This document shows, one piece after another, positions 12,960 through 26,327 of a stretch of 64,000 bases of DNA (positions are counted from its first letter, which is position 1; each line of letters begins with the position of its first letter). The notes under the pieces were generated by a model, which saw only the letters and a list, made by a program, of their open reading frames with translations, made no database searches and was not told the DNA's origin. The stretch is taken from assembly GCF_001194135.2 (NCBI RefSeq), contig NC_068984.1, forward strand, positions 57,946,552 to 58,010,551, in the 5' to 3' direction. The translations under genes and the position numbers were made by a program. The DNA is from Octopus bimaculoides (taxonomy: Eukaryota).

Positions 12960-14055
12960 TCAGAAATAGTTTTCTGTTATGCCACTGATATAAAGGTTGA
13001 CAAGGTATCCAATAAATTCATATTGTAGACCATTTAGACACATTTTAGCTACTCCACAATAGATATAATTTGTAGCTGACCTTGAAACATTCTTGGCATG
13101 AAGGTATTCAACCACATCTGGCATGCAAATCTCCTGGTAAAGCTGTTTCCTATGGACTCCAACCATGTCACATTTCTCAGACTAGCGGCTTCTTGTTAGA
13201 TCATACTATCGCATCGTGTGTTGATGGAATTTGTTGTAACTTACACTCAACTTTGCAGTACTTCAAGGTTTGGTTTTGACCCTCCCTCATACTCTGTCTC
13301 CTATACATCAAGGATCTACGTATCATCTCCTTTGTCCACTCATACATGGATGATACCACTTTTCATTCTTCCACAACTTCAGCACCCAAACATCATCCAC
13401 ATGCAACCTAGACATCTAACATCAATCCTGCACTGATTCCATAAACAGAAACCTTGAAAGCACCTTCCAATGGAATGATGCCAGTCTTATCTCCGTCAGC
13501 AAAAACATGCTCATTACACATATCAAGAAAATATTAATGCCCCCCCCCCCCACACACACAGCATAAACAGCATGCAACTAGAAGTCAAGGTTGGAAAATA
13601 TTTCATTCTCCCATCTACTACTAACCTTCTATGAAGGTCATGTGAGATCCATTTTGGAGTACTGCTCTCACATTTGGGATGGTGCTGCTGTTCCACACAC
13701 ACATACATACATTCCCAATGTGTGTACAAAGAAAGGTTGCTTGTTTCCTCGGAATAAAGTAACTTAACAACATAGTACAACCCCTAGCACATCTCTTCTC
13801 TCTGATCCTCAGAGATCGCTGGTCTAATGCTAACTCTGCTCTGGGACTTCTGACTCATTTTCCCATACATTTGGCCCATACTAACTTTTACATCTAGTTC
13901 TTCCTCCCCAGAATGTGGAACCTCTGGAATTCTCACTCTGCATGTATTTTCCCTGTATCTGTTCAAGTTAAACTTGAAATGTGTGGATATCACAGGACTA
14001 GGAGAGCATGCAAAAGTCACTGGCAAAGTACTTTCTTGTAGACCAATTTAATAAA
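12960..14055 (+). mobile_element. CR1/L2/Jockey-group LINE 3' fragment (decayed RT)
   Basis: SWHEGI..., LQGLVL..., LLYIKDL..ISFVHSYMDDTTF resemble VWHEGL / PQGSVL / YADD RT motifs. Ends in an A-rich tail (aataaaaagaaaag). Confidence 0.7.
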
Positions 14056-14155
14056 AAGAAAAGCTTTCCATACATGCAAGTTTTAGGGGAGAAAGAAAGA
14101 AGGTTTCTGATTTTATTTCTAGATTTTGTTAAGGTCAATTTACAATTCAACTTAC

Positions 14156-14219
14156 GGATTATTGACAGAATGTTTGTGGTTTTTCCATGCAACTTTAGCA
14201 AAATGATGTTTTGTAGTTC
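14156..14219 (-). CDS. SCP2: SCPx coding exon 8 (GTTKHHFAKVAWKNHKHSVNNP)
   Basis: Acceptor acttttag|, donor |gtaagt, 64 nt, phase 1 to 2. Contains the HFAK..WKNHKHSVNNP motif. Confidence 0.96.
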
Positions 14220-15532
14220 CTAAAAGTACAAACAATGAATAACAAAACATTTTAAGTGTCTTTAAAATAATGAAATATGTTGTGTACAACTTTCTTATTA
14301 AAAGAAATAATTATTGGATGAGAAAAGAATTTATGAAGAAATGAAATAGGGAGAGAAGAATTAAATTTAATAATCGTGTTGTTAGATGTACAATGGATAA
14401 GTGGTGAAGATGTAGATCAAGAGGTCAAACTTCATACACAACAGATAAAGCAATGTAACATTTTATTTACACAATTTGCATTAGTTAACCTAAGTTGAAG
14501 TAGGTTCCGCTTGATAGTGGAACTGAAAATGTGCATGAGTGTGAAGGTGTGCGGTCAAGTATTTAAGGTAGAAAGCTCATGATTGTGAAATTGTGGCTTT
14601 GAGTCCTGGACTTGATGATGCATTGTGTTATTAAACATGGTTTTTTTAAATTCATGTTGCAGTAGACTGCTCAGATAAAATGAGTACCAGCCAAGTGCTA
14701 GTGTAACACTCTTTCTCTTCTGTTGTCCCAAACTTGAAGTTCTACTGGGTTAATGGTAGGAAGCAACAAAACAATGCCTATGTCTGCTTACAACTACATA
14801 GGAACCTAAAACAATTAGCAAGCACATGGTAGATGCTACCAAGTCATACAGGAGACAATGATTTATGTTTTTACAAGTGCAAAACATTGCTTCATTAATT
14901 ATTGCAGTTTTTTCAGAACCTCCCAACAAATAGAATTTCAAATATCTGCTCAAATCGATTATTTAAACAAGATACAATATCCTTCTTTGTTAGGTCTTTT
15001 TTTATTTTTTAGCAGTAAAATACATGTTCTACTTGCATTTCATATGCTAATCATCATAACACATGCTTTTATGTTAGATGTAAAACCTTAAGAAGAAAAA
15101 AAAAAGGTGGTAGTAGTATAGTTAAACAAATTAATACTAAAACAAAAATTACAATCAATTTCATGCCAGCATTCTACTTGACATATCATTTTAAGATCTA
15201 CAGCAACTAAGTATATTAGATTCACTCTCAAATCTAAGTGTAGTTTAAAATAAAATATGAAGGAAAGTAGACAAAATTATTTATTATAAAAAAAGTTTAG
15301 TTACATTTGAGCAGGTAAAAACCTATGATATTGGCTCTCTCTCTCTCTCCATATATATGAAGAGAACTAGCACTCATTTCTCTCACCTTGGCAATTCTAA
15401 AATTGAATATAAAGATTATTTTCCCTCTTGTAGTAATACTCAGATGTCAAGAAGATATTAACCTAGCCATACAACAAATCAATATTCTTAAATTGATAAA
15501 AAGTTATTAATAAATATTGAATAGTTAATCAC

Positions 15533-15659
15533 CATATTTTTCCATGTGTTCCCTTCCAGCATTTCCAAACATCTGTACAGTAATTGGAGATGCCTCAATA
15601 CCTCTCATTTCAGCCATGGAATTAACATGATTTTCAAGAGGGTTGGCACGATCATTAAA
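15533..15659 (-). CDS. SCP2: SCPx coding exon 7 (FNDRANPLENHVNSMAEMRGIEASPITVQMFGNAGREHMEKYG)
   Basis: Acceptor ctttctattctag|, donor |gtgatt, 127 nt, phase 0 to 1. Contains the QMFG.AG.EHMEKYG motif. Confidence 0.96.
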
Positions 15660-17131
15660 CTAGAATAGAAAGAAGTATACGAACCTCAATATAAACCGAA
15701 TTCCATGATTTTTCATCCATTACAATTTTATTTTCTTCATTAAAAGAATATTAGAATATCTTTGTGTAATATGTGTTTAATGCTTTTATGAACTACAGAA
15801 CTAATATAAATTTAAGTATGGTTACAGAATCATATGTATTTAAAATAAAATTTTTTGGCATTTAAAAGATAGGTATGCAAAAGAGAAGTCCACTGAAATT
15901 AGAACCCAATATGAAAAAAACAGCTTGAGATTAACTCAAGCATAGTATCACATATGTAATATCTGGAAGCAAGTGTTCTATAATAATAAACTGATACAGT
16001 GGATACAGCATGAAATATCAGTTGGGTTAATAGTGTTAAAGACAATATATTTGATCCAACTTGCCAATCCATTTTAAATTACTGACAATTAAATAGAAAG
16101 TAAATATATGCAAAAATATAATACCCCAGCATGACAAGCACAAATTGTATGCACACTCTTCAATCATTGTAGGACTAGTCTGTAGAATAGCCTCTCTCTA
16201 TTTCTATCTTTTATTAATTTTTGTGATGGGATAAACTAGTTTCAAAACTATTGGCTTATTTTAGCATAATTTTCTCTAAAATTACAGTTGTCTTTTGTGT
16301 ATGAATTTTTCAATATTCTAGACAGTATCTGCTGTAACAATAAGCATAAGTTCTAAGATACTCAATGAATATAGCTTCAAAAACAGAACAAGGTATTGTA
16401 GATTAATATTTAGAGAATACAGAACCAGCATGTTCATGACTACATTTTTCAAAAAACTTTTTAATAAATTTTGTTTTTGTATTTATGTTTGCAAGAGTCT
16501 TGATGTGACCTCATGTTTAAACAAATTTTGCTGTCTCTCAGGAGGGCTATTATGCCAATAATAAACACACACACACTGGTTTATTTTTACTTCATTATTT
16601 GTTAATTACTATTTAACCAATTTGCTTGTCATTGAAGAGATTGCAAAGTAAAAACATGTTTTTATTTTCTTCTAAAGTATGCAGAACAATTTTTGAATGA
16701 AAGATATAAATGAATTCAACCAAATTTAACCTATATATTTGGTATAATATTGCAAAAAGCTAATTTAAAACACTAGTGTCATCTAAACCATTTCTTGTTA
16801 CACTTTTGAAAAGGCTCTACTGAAGTCCAAGTCGTAACAATAGATTCTGTTTAAGCTGTTAGATTGGTAATAGGCAAAGAAAAAGGAGAAAAAATAGGGA
16901 TGTACTGTCTAATTCACTAGTGAACAGTAAATTTAAAACATCAAATTTCCGGAGAGAGAAAGTTATTGAATTAACTATGTTTTATAAATTTTTTTTTAAA
17001 GAGCATTTCTTAAATCAATTTTATTCCATCTCAGAAATTTTTACATCTTTAAACTCACAATTTCTTTCTTTCTTTTTTTTTCATTTTAATGAATTTACAG
17101 ATGTTATTTCAAGATAGAAGTAAAATCTTAC

Positions 17132-17196
17132 ATGAGAAGATAAAGAACCACTGGCCATCTTTTCAAATCCAAGAGCCAACACACAATCAGCTAGAC
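17132..17196 (-). CDS. SCP2: SCPx coding exon 6 (GLADCVLALGFEKMASGSLSSH)
   Basis: Acceptor tttttag|, donor |gtaaga, 65 nt, phase 1 to 0. Contains the CVLALGFEKM motif. Confidence 0.96.
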
Positions 17197-17999
17197 CTAA
17201 AAATTAATAATAAAATAAATGTTTCTTTCTTTTCCTCTTTTTTGAAATATATTTTATTTTTTGATCAATATTTATCTAATGAAAGTCAAACATATATGCA
17301 GGCCAACATTTATAGTATCCATGTAAATTGCTTGACTTTGTAGAAATAAAAATTCTCATCAGATGAACCTGTTTGAAGAAACACAGCTCCTGGTTGTCTT
17401 CTCAAAGCTTATAGAAAAGAATATATTTTCACAAAGTCCTTCAATTCACAAAGAGAGAGTATATCTCTGGTTTCAACAATATTAATTGGTAATAAGAAAA
17501 ATCTTTCCTTGGATAAAAACAGTCTATTACAAGTATTCTAGTTTCTCTAGAGGCAGGACTGAACTGAGCACCGAAAGCTAACAAACAAGTTATCATTTTT
17601 GTAGAGCTGCTGCAGTTTACAAAAGTAACTCACATCATGTCATAAGCATTTAGATCTAGGCTGTTATCTACAGTGGTGCACTATTGTTATTGTTTAGCTA
17701 CAGGCTAATCCTGTTTGAGTGGACTTAGGCTCAAACAAGTTCCAATTATAATTACACCATCTTTTTAGGGATATGTAGGAGCACATTATCAAATGCATCT
17801 TTGTTAATTTAAAGGAGATTAGGCTGCTATTTATCACAAGTAGAGCAACCATCTGAAGGATCATTCATTGAAATAGCTCACTTACGAGAGTGTTAGGTAC
17901 AAGTAACAAACAGTATTTCTTCTGTTTCCTCTACATAGAGTTAGACAAAATACTGTGAGAAAGATAATGAATTATAGAAATCTTAATTAGCCTACTTAC

Positions 18000-18063
18000 C
18001 ACCTTCAATGAGTTGTTTGCCCAGCATTAATGCTGTAGAACCAGTGGAACAGTTGTTGTTCAC
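18000..18063 (-). CDS. SCP2: SCPx coding exon 5 with the catalytic cysteine (VNNNCSTGSTALMLGKQLIEGG)
   Basis: Acceptor gatag|, donor |gtaagt, 64 nt, phase 0 to 1. NNNC(S/A)TG is the thiolase nucleophile motif. Confidence 0.96.
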
Positions 18064-19899
18064 CTATCAATTCATTGAAAGAAAAGCATAATTATGAACA
18101 TGCATTTGATAAATAACAACTATAAAGTGACAATACCGGTCATTGTGTAATGGGTGTTTGGCACAACGCATACATTATTACATAATTTTGCTTATCTAAA
18201 ATAAGAAAGGCTTTCCTTCTTCCTTGCAGTATAAAATTTGGTCCAGTCTTTGAATTATTCCTAAATTATCTAGCAAGGTAAACAGACATATGTATTGATA
18301 GAAAAACAATAAATATGAGAGATGTGAACCCTCCAATCTCTGAACAAGCAGATCAATTCTTTGTTTACTGAGTTATTTTTAAGAGAAAGTATGAAAGAAT
18401 ACAATAGAACAAATATAGATTAGTATTAAAAGTAGAGAGAAAATAAAGACAATTTAAAGACAAACATGGTATTTTTTAGTAGTCAGTATATGTAGTGATG
18501 TGAGACTTTTAATTCAAGATTTACTAAAATCTCCATAATATTTTGAAAGAGCATTACATTTGCATTACAAAGTGGTTCTTTATAAAAATTTAAAAATTTT
18601 GAGTTGAAGATATGGAATAAAATGTTCCGTTATTTTTGAAACATTACCTGAGAATTAGGATTTTCCAATGTGTTTCTTTCTCATGATATATTAAATATAG
18701 TATTAATTAACACAATTTTATAATGGTAAATATTTTCTGAAAATTTTTCAATATTTTATCTTTAAAATTGAACCATTTTTTTTGCTTAGGTTAATTTTTG
18801 TTATAACCGAATATGAATTTTCTATTATCTATATTTTGTAATAATTAGAATGGTGTTTGCCATATTTGCAACTCAAAAGTATGGCATTCACTTCAGAATC
18901 AGAAAGTATTCCAGCTATGAACAGTTACTGGTTCTTTATTAAGTATGTGTGCAAACCAGAGATTATTAGCAGCTACCACACATATATAAACATTTTAGAC
19001 AGCACAAAAATAAGACAAACTTTCACCCACATACACATTATAAATACCAGCAAACTGACATGTATCCTGTTACCGACTCATTTACCACTACTAAAACACT
19101 TTAATGCTTCTCCAAGTTTCCAAACTAAATACATCTGTCAAAGTTCACCTGATACAATTACTTCTCATATGATTCTTGTTATGTCTGACTCTGTAAATAT
19201 TGTACCTAACATTTCACCCAATTCATATTTCAAAACTATAACCACCTTGATACCCCAAACTCAGCTGTAGATGAACCACTTCAGTCTAGGAAGGCATGTA
19301 AAGATTATGAATCACCTTTAGATAAAAGCTGGTTCTACAAGATCTTTAGGCAGAGGGCTGTAATATTTTTTAAACAAGTGCAATGTATTTATTCAGGTTA
19401 ATAAGTGGGTCTTTACATAACCATTCATACTCCTAGAAAAAGATGTCAAATGATACATTGGATAATATAGTCTAAGATAAAAAAGATAAGATAATCATGC
19501 AAAGAATGCTTCTGATTACACTGTAAAGGTCAAGCAACTGAGAAGCAAATCTGTGGTACTGAGCAGAATATTTGCTATAACGATATTTCTGCTTCAGCAA
19601 CTCAGCACTAAATCTGTCTAAAATGTAATGGAAAATAGGTCAGTTTCAAAACATTGATATCCAGGTCAGAAAATCAAAGTTTGAAGGGAATAGTAGTCAT
19701 TTCCTTTGATTTGTAGACAGAAGCAAATAGGAAATAACACTTACTGATCAAAGACAAAAAAAACAAAAAACAAAAAATTGCTACATGTGTTATGGGTCTT
19801 CTACATCAGGGCAAAACCAGGGCCAAACAACAACAAACTATTTTTCAAAACAGTATTTTATCACACAGAACAATGGTCCCAAATAGCAAAATGGCCTAC

Positions 19900-19964
19900 A
19901 TTATAGATCGGTATACCAGTTAATCCTAACTTGTAGACTGCTTTCTGACCACATGTAGAATCGC
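19900..19964 (-). CDS. SCP2: SCPx coding exon 4 (GDSTCGQKAVYKLGLTGIPIYN)
   Basis: Acceptor tttccctttccag|, donor |gtaggc, 65 nt, phase 1 to 0. Contains the GDSTCGQ motif. Confidence 0.95.
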
Positions 19965-20619
19965 CTGGAAAGGGAAATATAATAGAAACAATAAATTTAA
20001 ATCAAATATTAAATAATAGAATTTTGCAGTCATAAATTTAAAAAAACCAAAAAAACAAAACAAAGCTGAAACATTTTCCTTTTAATTCATATACAATTAA
20101 TATCAATTTGATTTCCTCATGTTTTGTCTTTGGTCAGCCTCTCTCAGTTCCGATAACCACTTGCTTCTCCCAACATGATGACATTACCTCCACTCCCTCC
20201 ACCCCACCCTATATAAATTAGCTCCATTCATATTCCCCCGACCTCATATTTTAATATCTTGCCACATGAAGTAGAAGTCGAAGAAGGCGTTCAGATAAGC
20301 AACTTTGTTTCCAACCTAGCACACATTTAAAAAACTCTTTTTACAGTGCAAATTATAATTACTTTATTATTTCATTGTCTATCTACTCACAGTTATGTCT
20401 TCCATGCTGTATGTTAGACAAAAATTTAGATCCCGATGTTCAATCCAACTCTCCCTCCTTCTCCATCTTTCACACTCATTTATTATTATTGTTATTCATT
20501 CATTCATCTAATTTTGCCACAGTTTGGCTGACCAAATACTGTTGGTTATAAGCTCTAGTTAAGAATGGAAATTTCCAATTTTATCTCATTATTATTATTA
20601 TTGTTATTGTTTCACACCA

Positions 20620-23600
20620 GCAGCCAGAGTGTTTGCTGTTTCGTGGTGTGCCCACCCATCACACCACCTATACCGGAAGTTTTATCCTCTGGCCTCTATT
20701 GGATGTCTTTCCCCTGAACACTTCCAATAGCTTAAATGCTCCCCCATCCCTACTTAATGTTTATCTCCTATGGAATGTAGTGATTATGTAGTGCATAAAA
20801 TAATGGTGTAGTGTAAGCAGGTTGAAGGCTATTGTATATTTATGAGCTCTGCCAAATGTGAGCTTTCTTTTCAGATGCCTGATGCTGCAGTCCCCCATCC
20901 CAGGGTCTTGCAGGCCCACACCTTCCACACCCTCAGTGTTGGCACATTGAAAGGTAGGTCTGGTGAGATTGTTGAGATGCTTGAACAGAGATGTGTGGAT
21001 TTGTGCTGCATCCAACTAATAAGGTGGAGAGGAAGTTCTGCTAGGTTCTTCACAGACAAAGAACATAGGTATAAGATTTTCCTGGTAGGGAACACTGATG
21101 GGATTGGAGTTATAGGTATACTTCTTGCGGAGAAATGGTTTGATAAGATAATCGAGGTAGTCAATATCTGTGATAGAATACTTCAGCTTAGATGAGTGCC
21201 GCAACATGGATTAGCAACCATCATCTCAGCTTATGCCCCTCAGCCAGGGCTATCTGATGAACAGAAAGACCGATTTTATGACAGCCTCTTGTAGACTACC
21301 TCATTGATGAATGACAGGGACTGTCCCATTGTGGCTGGCGACTTCAATGGGCATGTTGGACAACATGCTGGGAGTTTCCATAGTATACATGGTGGCTATG
21401 GATTTGGTTCCCGCAATGAGGAGGGAACTAGGCTGCTGGAGTTCTGTGATGCAAATGATCTTAGGGTCTGTAATACTAACTTCAGGAAACCTGCCAGTCT
21501 GGTGGACACACTAGTCAGACTGACTACATTCTTGCCAGGAAACGGGAAAGATGGCTACTTATAAATGCCAAAACCTTCCCAGGTGAAGAGTGCACCCTAC
21601 AACATATGTTATTAGTCAGTGACTTCAGGATCAGGGCTAAATGGATGCCCAGAAGATGATCAGCATGGAAAAGAGGGGTCTGGAAGCTTAAGGATCATGT
21701 GAATGGACAGAGATTTAGAAACGTATTACTCGAAGCTTTTGATGAAAAGGAGGAGGATATAGCATCATAAAATGTGAAAGACAACTGGAGGTTCCAATGG
21801 GACAACATGTTGAGGGCTACTGAGCAGATCTGTGGATGGTACAAAGTCCCCTCTTGACCTAAGGTAACATGGTGGTGGAACAATGTAGTTGACAGGGGCA
21901 TTAGGGAAAAGAAACAGGCATGGAAGGACTGGAAGAATGGTGGTAGCAGGGAACTGTATCAGATCGCCAGAAGGGAAGCTAGGAGACAGGTATATTTAGC
22001 CAGAGGGGAAGCATAATAACAGAAAATTTGCCAATGTTATGTATCGTGAGGACCAAAGACTTGAAGTGGTTCATGCTGCAAAACAGTATGTGAGAGAGAA
22101 TCATGATGTCATAAGAGAGAAATGCGTCCACATGGATGATGGCTCACTTACATTTAATGAGGCTGCAAAGAGAGAGACTTGGAGATGTCACTATAAAAGG
22201 TTGCTAAATGAAGAGAATGAATGGGAGAAAGAGAGTCTGCCAAATGTTGACCCAATAGAGGGACCAGCTATGTGAATTGACAGTACCTTGGTAGATAAAG
22301 TAATTAAGGGTATAATAGACAGGGAAAGCCCCTGGCCCATCAGGAATCACTGCAGAAATGCTTAAAATATCTGGCGGTGTCAGCTATAGTCTAGTCACCC
22401 GTACAGTTAATCAGGTGATACATGAAGGAGTCATACCCAATGACTAGTGTGGCAACACCATAGTCAACTGCTACAAAGGTAAAGGTGACGCATGGGATAC
22501 GAATAATTACGGAGGTATCAAATTGTTGGATCAGGTAATGACGGTCACAGCTCAACTAATTAGGGAGAGAGTCAGTCTAGATGAGATGCAGTTTGGGTTC
22601 ATGCCAGGGAAAAGCACCACTGATGCTATATTTCTGGTAAGACAGCTGCAGGAGAAACATCTAGCCAAAGATAAACCTCTGTACTTGGCTTTCGTTGACA
22701 TGGAGAAAGCCTTTTACAAGGTCCTCTGATCCTTTATCTGGTGGTCAATGCAGAAACTAAGGATAGATCAGTGGTTAGTGAGAGCTGTACAAGCCATGTA
22801 CAGGGATGCTGTCAGTAACATGAGGGTTGGCAACGAGTATAGTGAAGAATTCAGGGTAGGAGTAGGGGTACACTAAGGATCAGTTCTCAGCCCCCTCTTA
22901 TTCATAGTCCTCCAGGCAATAACAGAAGAATTCAAAACAGGATGCCCCTGGGAACTCCTCTATGCTGATAACCTTGCTCCAATAGCTGAGTCAATATCTG
23001 AACTAGAGTAGAAGTTTCAGGTGTGGAAGCAAGGTTTAAAATCAAACCAAAAAAGTCTTAGTAAGTAGGAATGCAAACAAATCACAAATCCCTTCAGGTA
23101 GGTGACCCTGCTTGATCTGTAGAAAAGGTGTAGGTAGAAACTCCATAAGATGTACCCAGTGTAAGCTATGGACACATAAGAGGTGCAGCAATACCAGAGG
23201 AAGGCTAACTGGGAAGATAGCTTTTGTGTGTGGCAGATGCACAGGGGCAATAAATACTGAAAATGTGCAGAAAACAGCTTCCATCACATGCCAGGGGGGA
23301 AAACTAGAAGTAGTTGACTAAGTCAGCAGCAGGAGTGGATACTCTGACTGTGTAGCTGCTAGAATAAGAATAGCCTGGGCAAAGTTCAGAGAGCTCCTAC
23401 TGCTACTGGTAACAAAGCACTTCGTGCTCAGAGTGAAAAGTAGACTGTAGGATGCATGTGTGTGAACAGCCATGCCACACGGCAGTGAAACATGGGCTGT
23501 GACTGCTGTGGACATGCGTAAGCTTGCAAGAAATGAAGCTAACATGCTCCACTGGATGTGTAATGTTAGTGTGCATACGTGACAGTGTAAGCGCCCTGAG

Positions 23601-24368
23601 AGAGAAGTTGGACATAAGAAGCATCAAATGTGGTGTGCAAGAGAGATGACTGCGTTGATATGGTCATGTGTTACGTATGGATGAGGACAGCTGTGTGAAA
23701 AAGTGTCACACCCTAATAGTGGAGGAAACCTGTGGAAGAGGTAGACCCAGGAAGACCTGGTGAAGCACGACCTTCAAATGTTGGGCCTCACGGAGGCAAT
23801 GACAAGTGACTGAGACCTTTGGAGATATGCTGTGCTTGAGAAGACCCAGCAAGCCAAGTGAAACTGTAGCTGTGGATACGTAACTGGCCCATTTAAGAGT
23901 ACCCTTCAACCATTGGGCAATATGCTGTACTTGAGAAGACCTGCTGCGTCAAGTGAAATCATTGTCATGGCTGATGCCAGTATTGCCTGACTAGCATGTA
24001 AAAAGTACTATTCAAGCGTGGTTGATGCCAGTACCACTGGATTGGCTCCCATGCTGAGGCACATAAAAAGCATCATTCAAGCGTGATCATTGCCAGTGCC
24101 AGCTGACTGGCTCCCATGGCAGTGGCGCATAAAAAGCACCATTTGAGTGTGGTCAATGCCAGTGCCACCCAACTGGCCCCTGTGCTGGTGGCACGTAAAT
24201 AGCACCCACTACACTCTCAGAGTGGTTGGCAGTTAAGAAGGGCATCCAGCTGTAGGAACCTTGTCAGATCTGATTGGAGCCTGGTGCAGCCTCCTGGCTT
24301 GCCAGTCCTCAGTCAAACCATCCAATCCATACTAGCATGGAAAGTGGACGTTAAACAATGATGATGAT
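20620..24368 (+). mobile_element. RTE-clade LINE, near full length and inactivated, in SCP2 intron 3 (antisense to the host)
   Basis: APE endonuclease pieces (LSVGTLKGRSGEIVEMLE..VDLCCIQ, IVAGDFNGHVG, RNEEGTRLLEFC). RT pieces (QFGFMPGKSTTDAIF, LYLAFVDMEKAF, QGSVLSPLLF, LLYADN). Many stops and frameshifts. The 3' end has an (ATG)n tail. The 5' limit is approximate. Confidence 0.92.
23955..24207 (+). repeat. ~60-65-bp tandem repeat (3-4 diverged copies) in the RTE 3' UTR
   Basis: Recurrent tgccagt...ctggctcccatg...cataaaaagca(t/c)catt. Confidence 0.75.
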
Positions 24369-25080
24369 CCATTATATTTTGATTTGATCAATTATTGAAG
24401 AAAAGAGGAGCCCATTCTTCAGTTTGAACATTGGTAAATGTTAAACAAAAGTAGAATAGTAACTGAAAGCAGATTAAGAAAAACTAAAGCATTATTACAG
24501 CTGATAAGCACAATGTTGGTGTAAGGGTCATAACTCCTTTTCCAGATTTGTTCATACATTGAGTCAATGGTAAAGACACTTAGCTTTTACTGTCTCAAGT
24601 TATTTTAATTCAAACTGGACATCACAGGTAATTTTAGTACACTGCTGTAAGGAGTGAGAATATCATAACCAATGAGTTTTATAAGCTTACAATGCTGGAT
24701 TCAGGAGAAGGCACATGTGAAAAGTACTCCTCAAGGGAGATAAATGTCTGAATAGACGACAGCTGTGAATTTAGGATTAGCAGCTATGCTTTCAGAAGCA
24801 AGTGACTTTTATTTATAAATCTGCATTGAAAAATAATTCACAAATTTAGTTCACTTTTCTCTATCTCAGACTAAATATCTATTTCATTAACACTTGTCGC
24901 TCCTTACTTTTGTTATGGATTGACTGGGGAATGAATAAAGAGACGGACTTGAAAATGAAAGTATTAATTATTCTTTACTGCAAAGTTAAGAGAGTGGTAG
25001 AAACACTGCAGAGTCAGGCTAAGTGCCTTGAGGTATTTAGTTTTTTTCTTCTATGTTATGAAATCATATTCTTTATTCTT

Positions 25081-25308
25081 ATTTCTTTATTGCCCACAAG
25101 GGGCTAAACATAGAGGGGACCAACAAGGACAGACAAAGGGTTTAAATCGATTACATCGATCCCAGTGCGTAACTGGTACTTATTTAATTGACCCCGAAAG
25201 GATGAAAGGCTAAGTTGACCTCGGTGGAATTTGAACTCGGAACGTAGCGGCAGACGAAATACCGCTAAGCATTTCGCCCAGCGTGCTAACGTTTCTGCCA
25301 GCTCGCCG
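25081..25308 (-). mobile_element. Young tRNA-derived SINE with a 16-bp TSD
   Basis: Pol III head (GCGGCGAGCTGGCAGAAACGTTAG...GAGTTCAAATTCC) on the minus strand. catattctttattctt is duplicated at 25065-25080 and 25309-25324. Confidence 0.9.
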
Positions 25309-26255
25309 CATATTCTTTATTCTTGAGTGGGCCTCAGTAAAATAAGTATCTAAAATCTCCTAGAGATGATTCAATCAACTACAATCCTCTACAAATTTGT
25401 AGCCTTGTACCAATATAAGAAATCATAATGAGGTAACTGACATAGAAGAGTGCCAAACTAAATACTCTACATTATTTGGTTTTATTTCTGCATGTTCTGA
25501 ATTCAAATCTTGTAGAGTAAACGTTGCATTTCCTTTACAAATATATGGCCTTGTATCAATGTGGAAAGTCACTGTTCTTCACAACTACAAAATTGAGTGA
25601 GTTGTCTGTGCAGTTATCACTGTTTACTTTATAAACTCATCATATTATCAATAATTACGATTGACAACATGGTTACTTTTTCCAGGATTTTTTCTTTTAA
25701 CAACTCTTTTTCTAAGATTTGTTTGTCTTAACAACCTGATAATTTTGTAGTAAAGCAATACTCCTACCAATTTTCTAAATTATGGGGTAAACAGTAACTT
25801 CCTTAATTATATATCAGAATACCTGAGAAAGGATTTGCACTAATAATCTAATGGGACAGATCTGAAACCTTGGCTAAAATTTATATACCTGCCAAAAAAG
25901 TATCTCTTACAGAAACTAGTTGATAAGTAGAGAGCCTGTTATATTTCACTTTTCTTTAGTTTGTATGTTTTAATTTGGCACTGGCCAGTCTGTAAGAAAG
26001 GAGTTTTAGTTGGCTGAATTAACTTAGCATCCTGGTGGTATTTATTAACTCACAAAAGGATTTCAACTCAAAACACTGGTACAAAATTGGTCACATCAAA
26101 CTCATTGCTGTAGACACAATATTTTAAAGTTTTGGAAAATACAAGCTCATATTTGTTTTATCATAATTATTTTCAGAATAGATTAAAGACAACAGGAAAA
26201 AAACACCAAAAAAGATTAAAATTATTTTAACATTTCAGTGAAGTGATTGATTTAC

Positions 26256-26327
26256 CATAAACATAGCCAACAACTGCTTGTTGAACATCTTCATAGGATA
26301 TACTTGCATCATGTAGAGCTTTGGTAC
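26256..26327 (-). CDS. SCP2: SCPx coding exon 3 (GTKALHDASISYEDVQQAVVGYVYG)
   Basis: Acceptor tatcaag|, donor |gtaaat, 72 nt, phase 1 to 1. Matches [23 protein letters not shown]. Confidence 0.93.

Noticed and set aside
14750-14953. 67-aa minus-strand ORF with a hydrophobic segment in SCP2 intron 7
   Set aside because: The acceptor is weak, the segment is not needed for the SCPx reading frame (exons 7 and 8 join in phase), and it has no known motif.
18857-19270. 137-aa ORF antisense in SCP2 intron 4
   Set aside because: It starts at TTG, has no recognisable motif and no splice support, and is compatible with chance in this much sequence.
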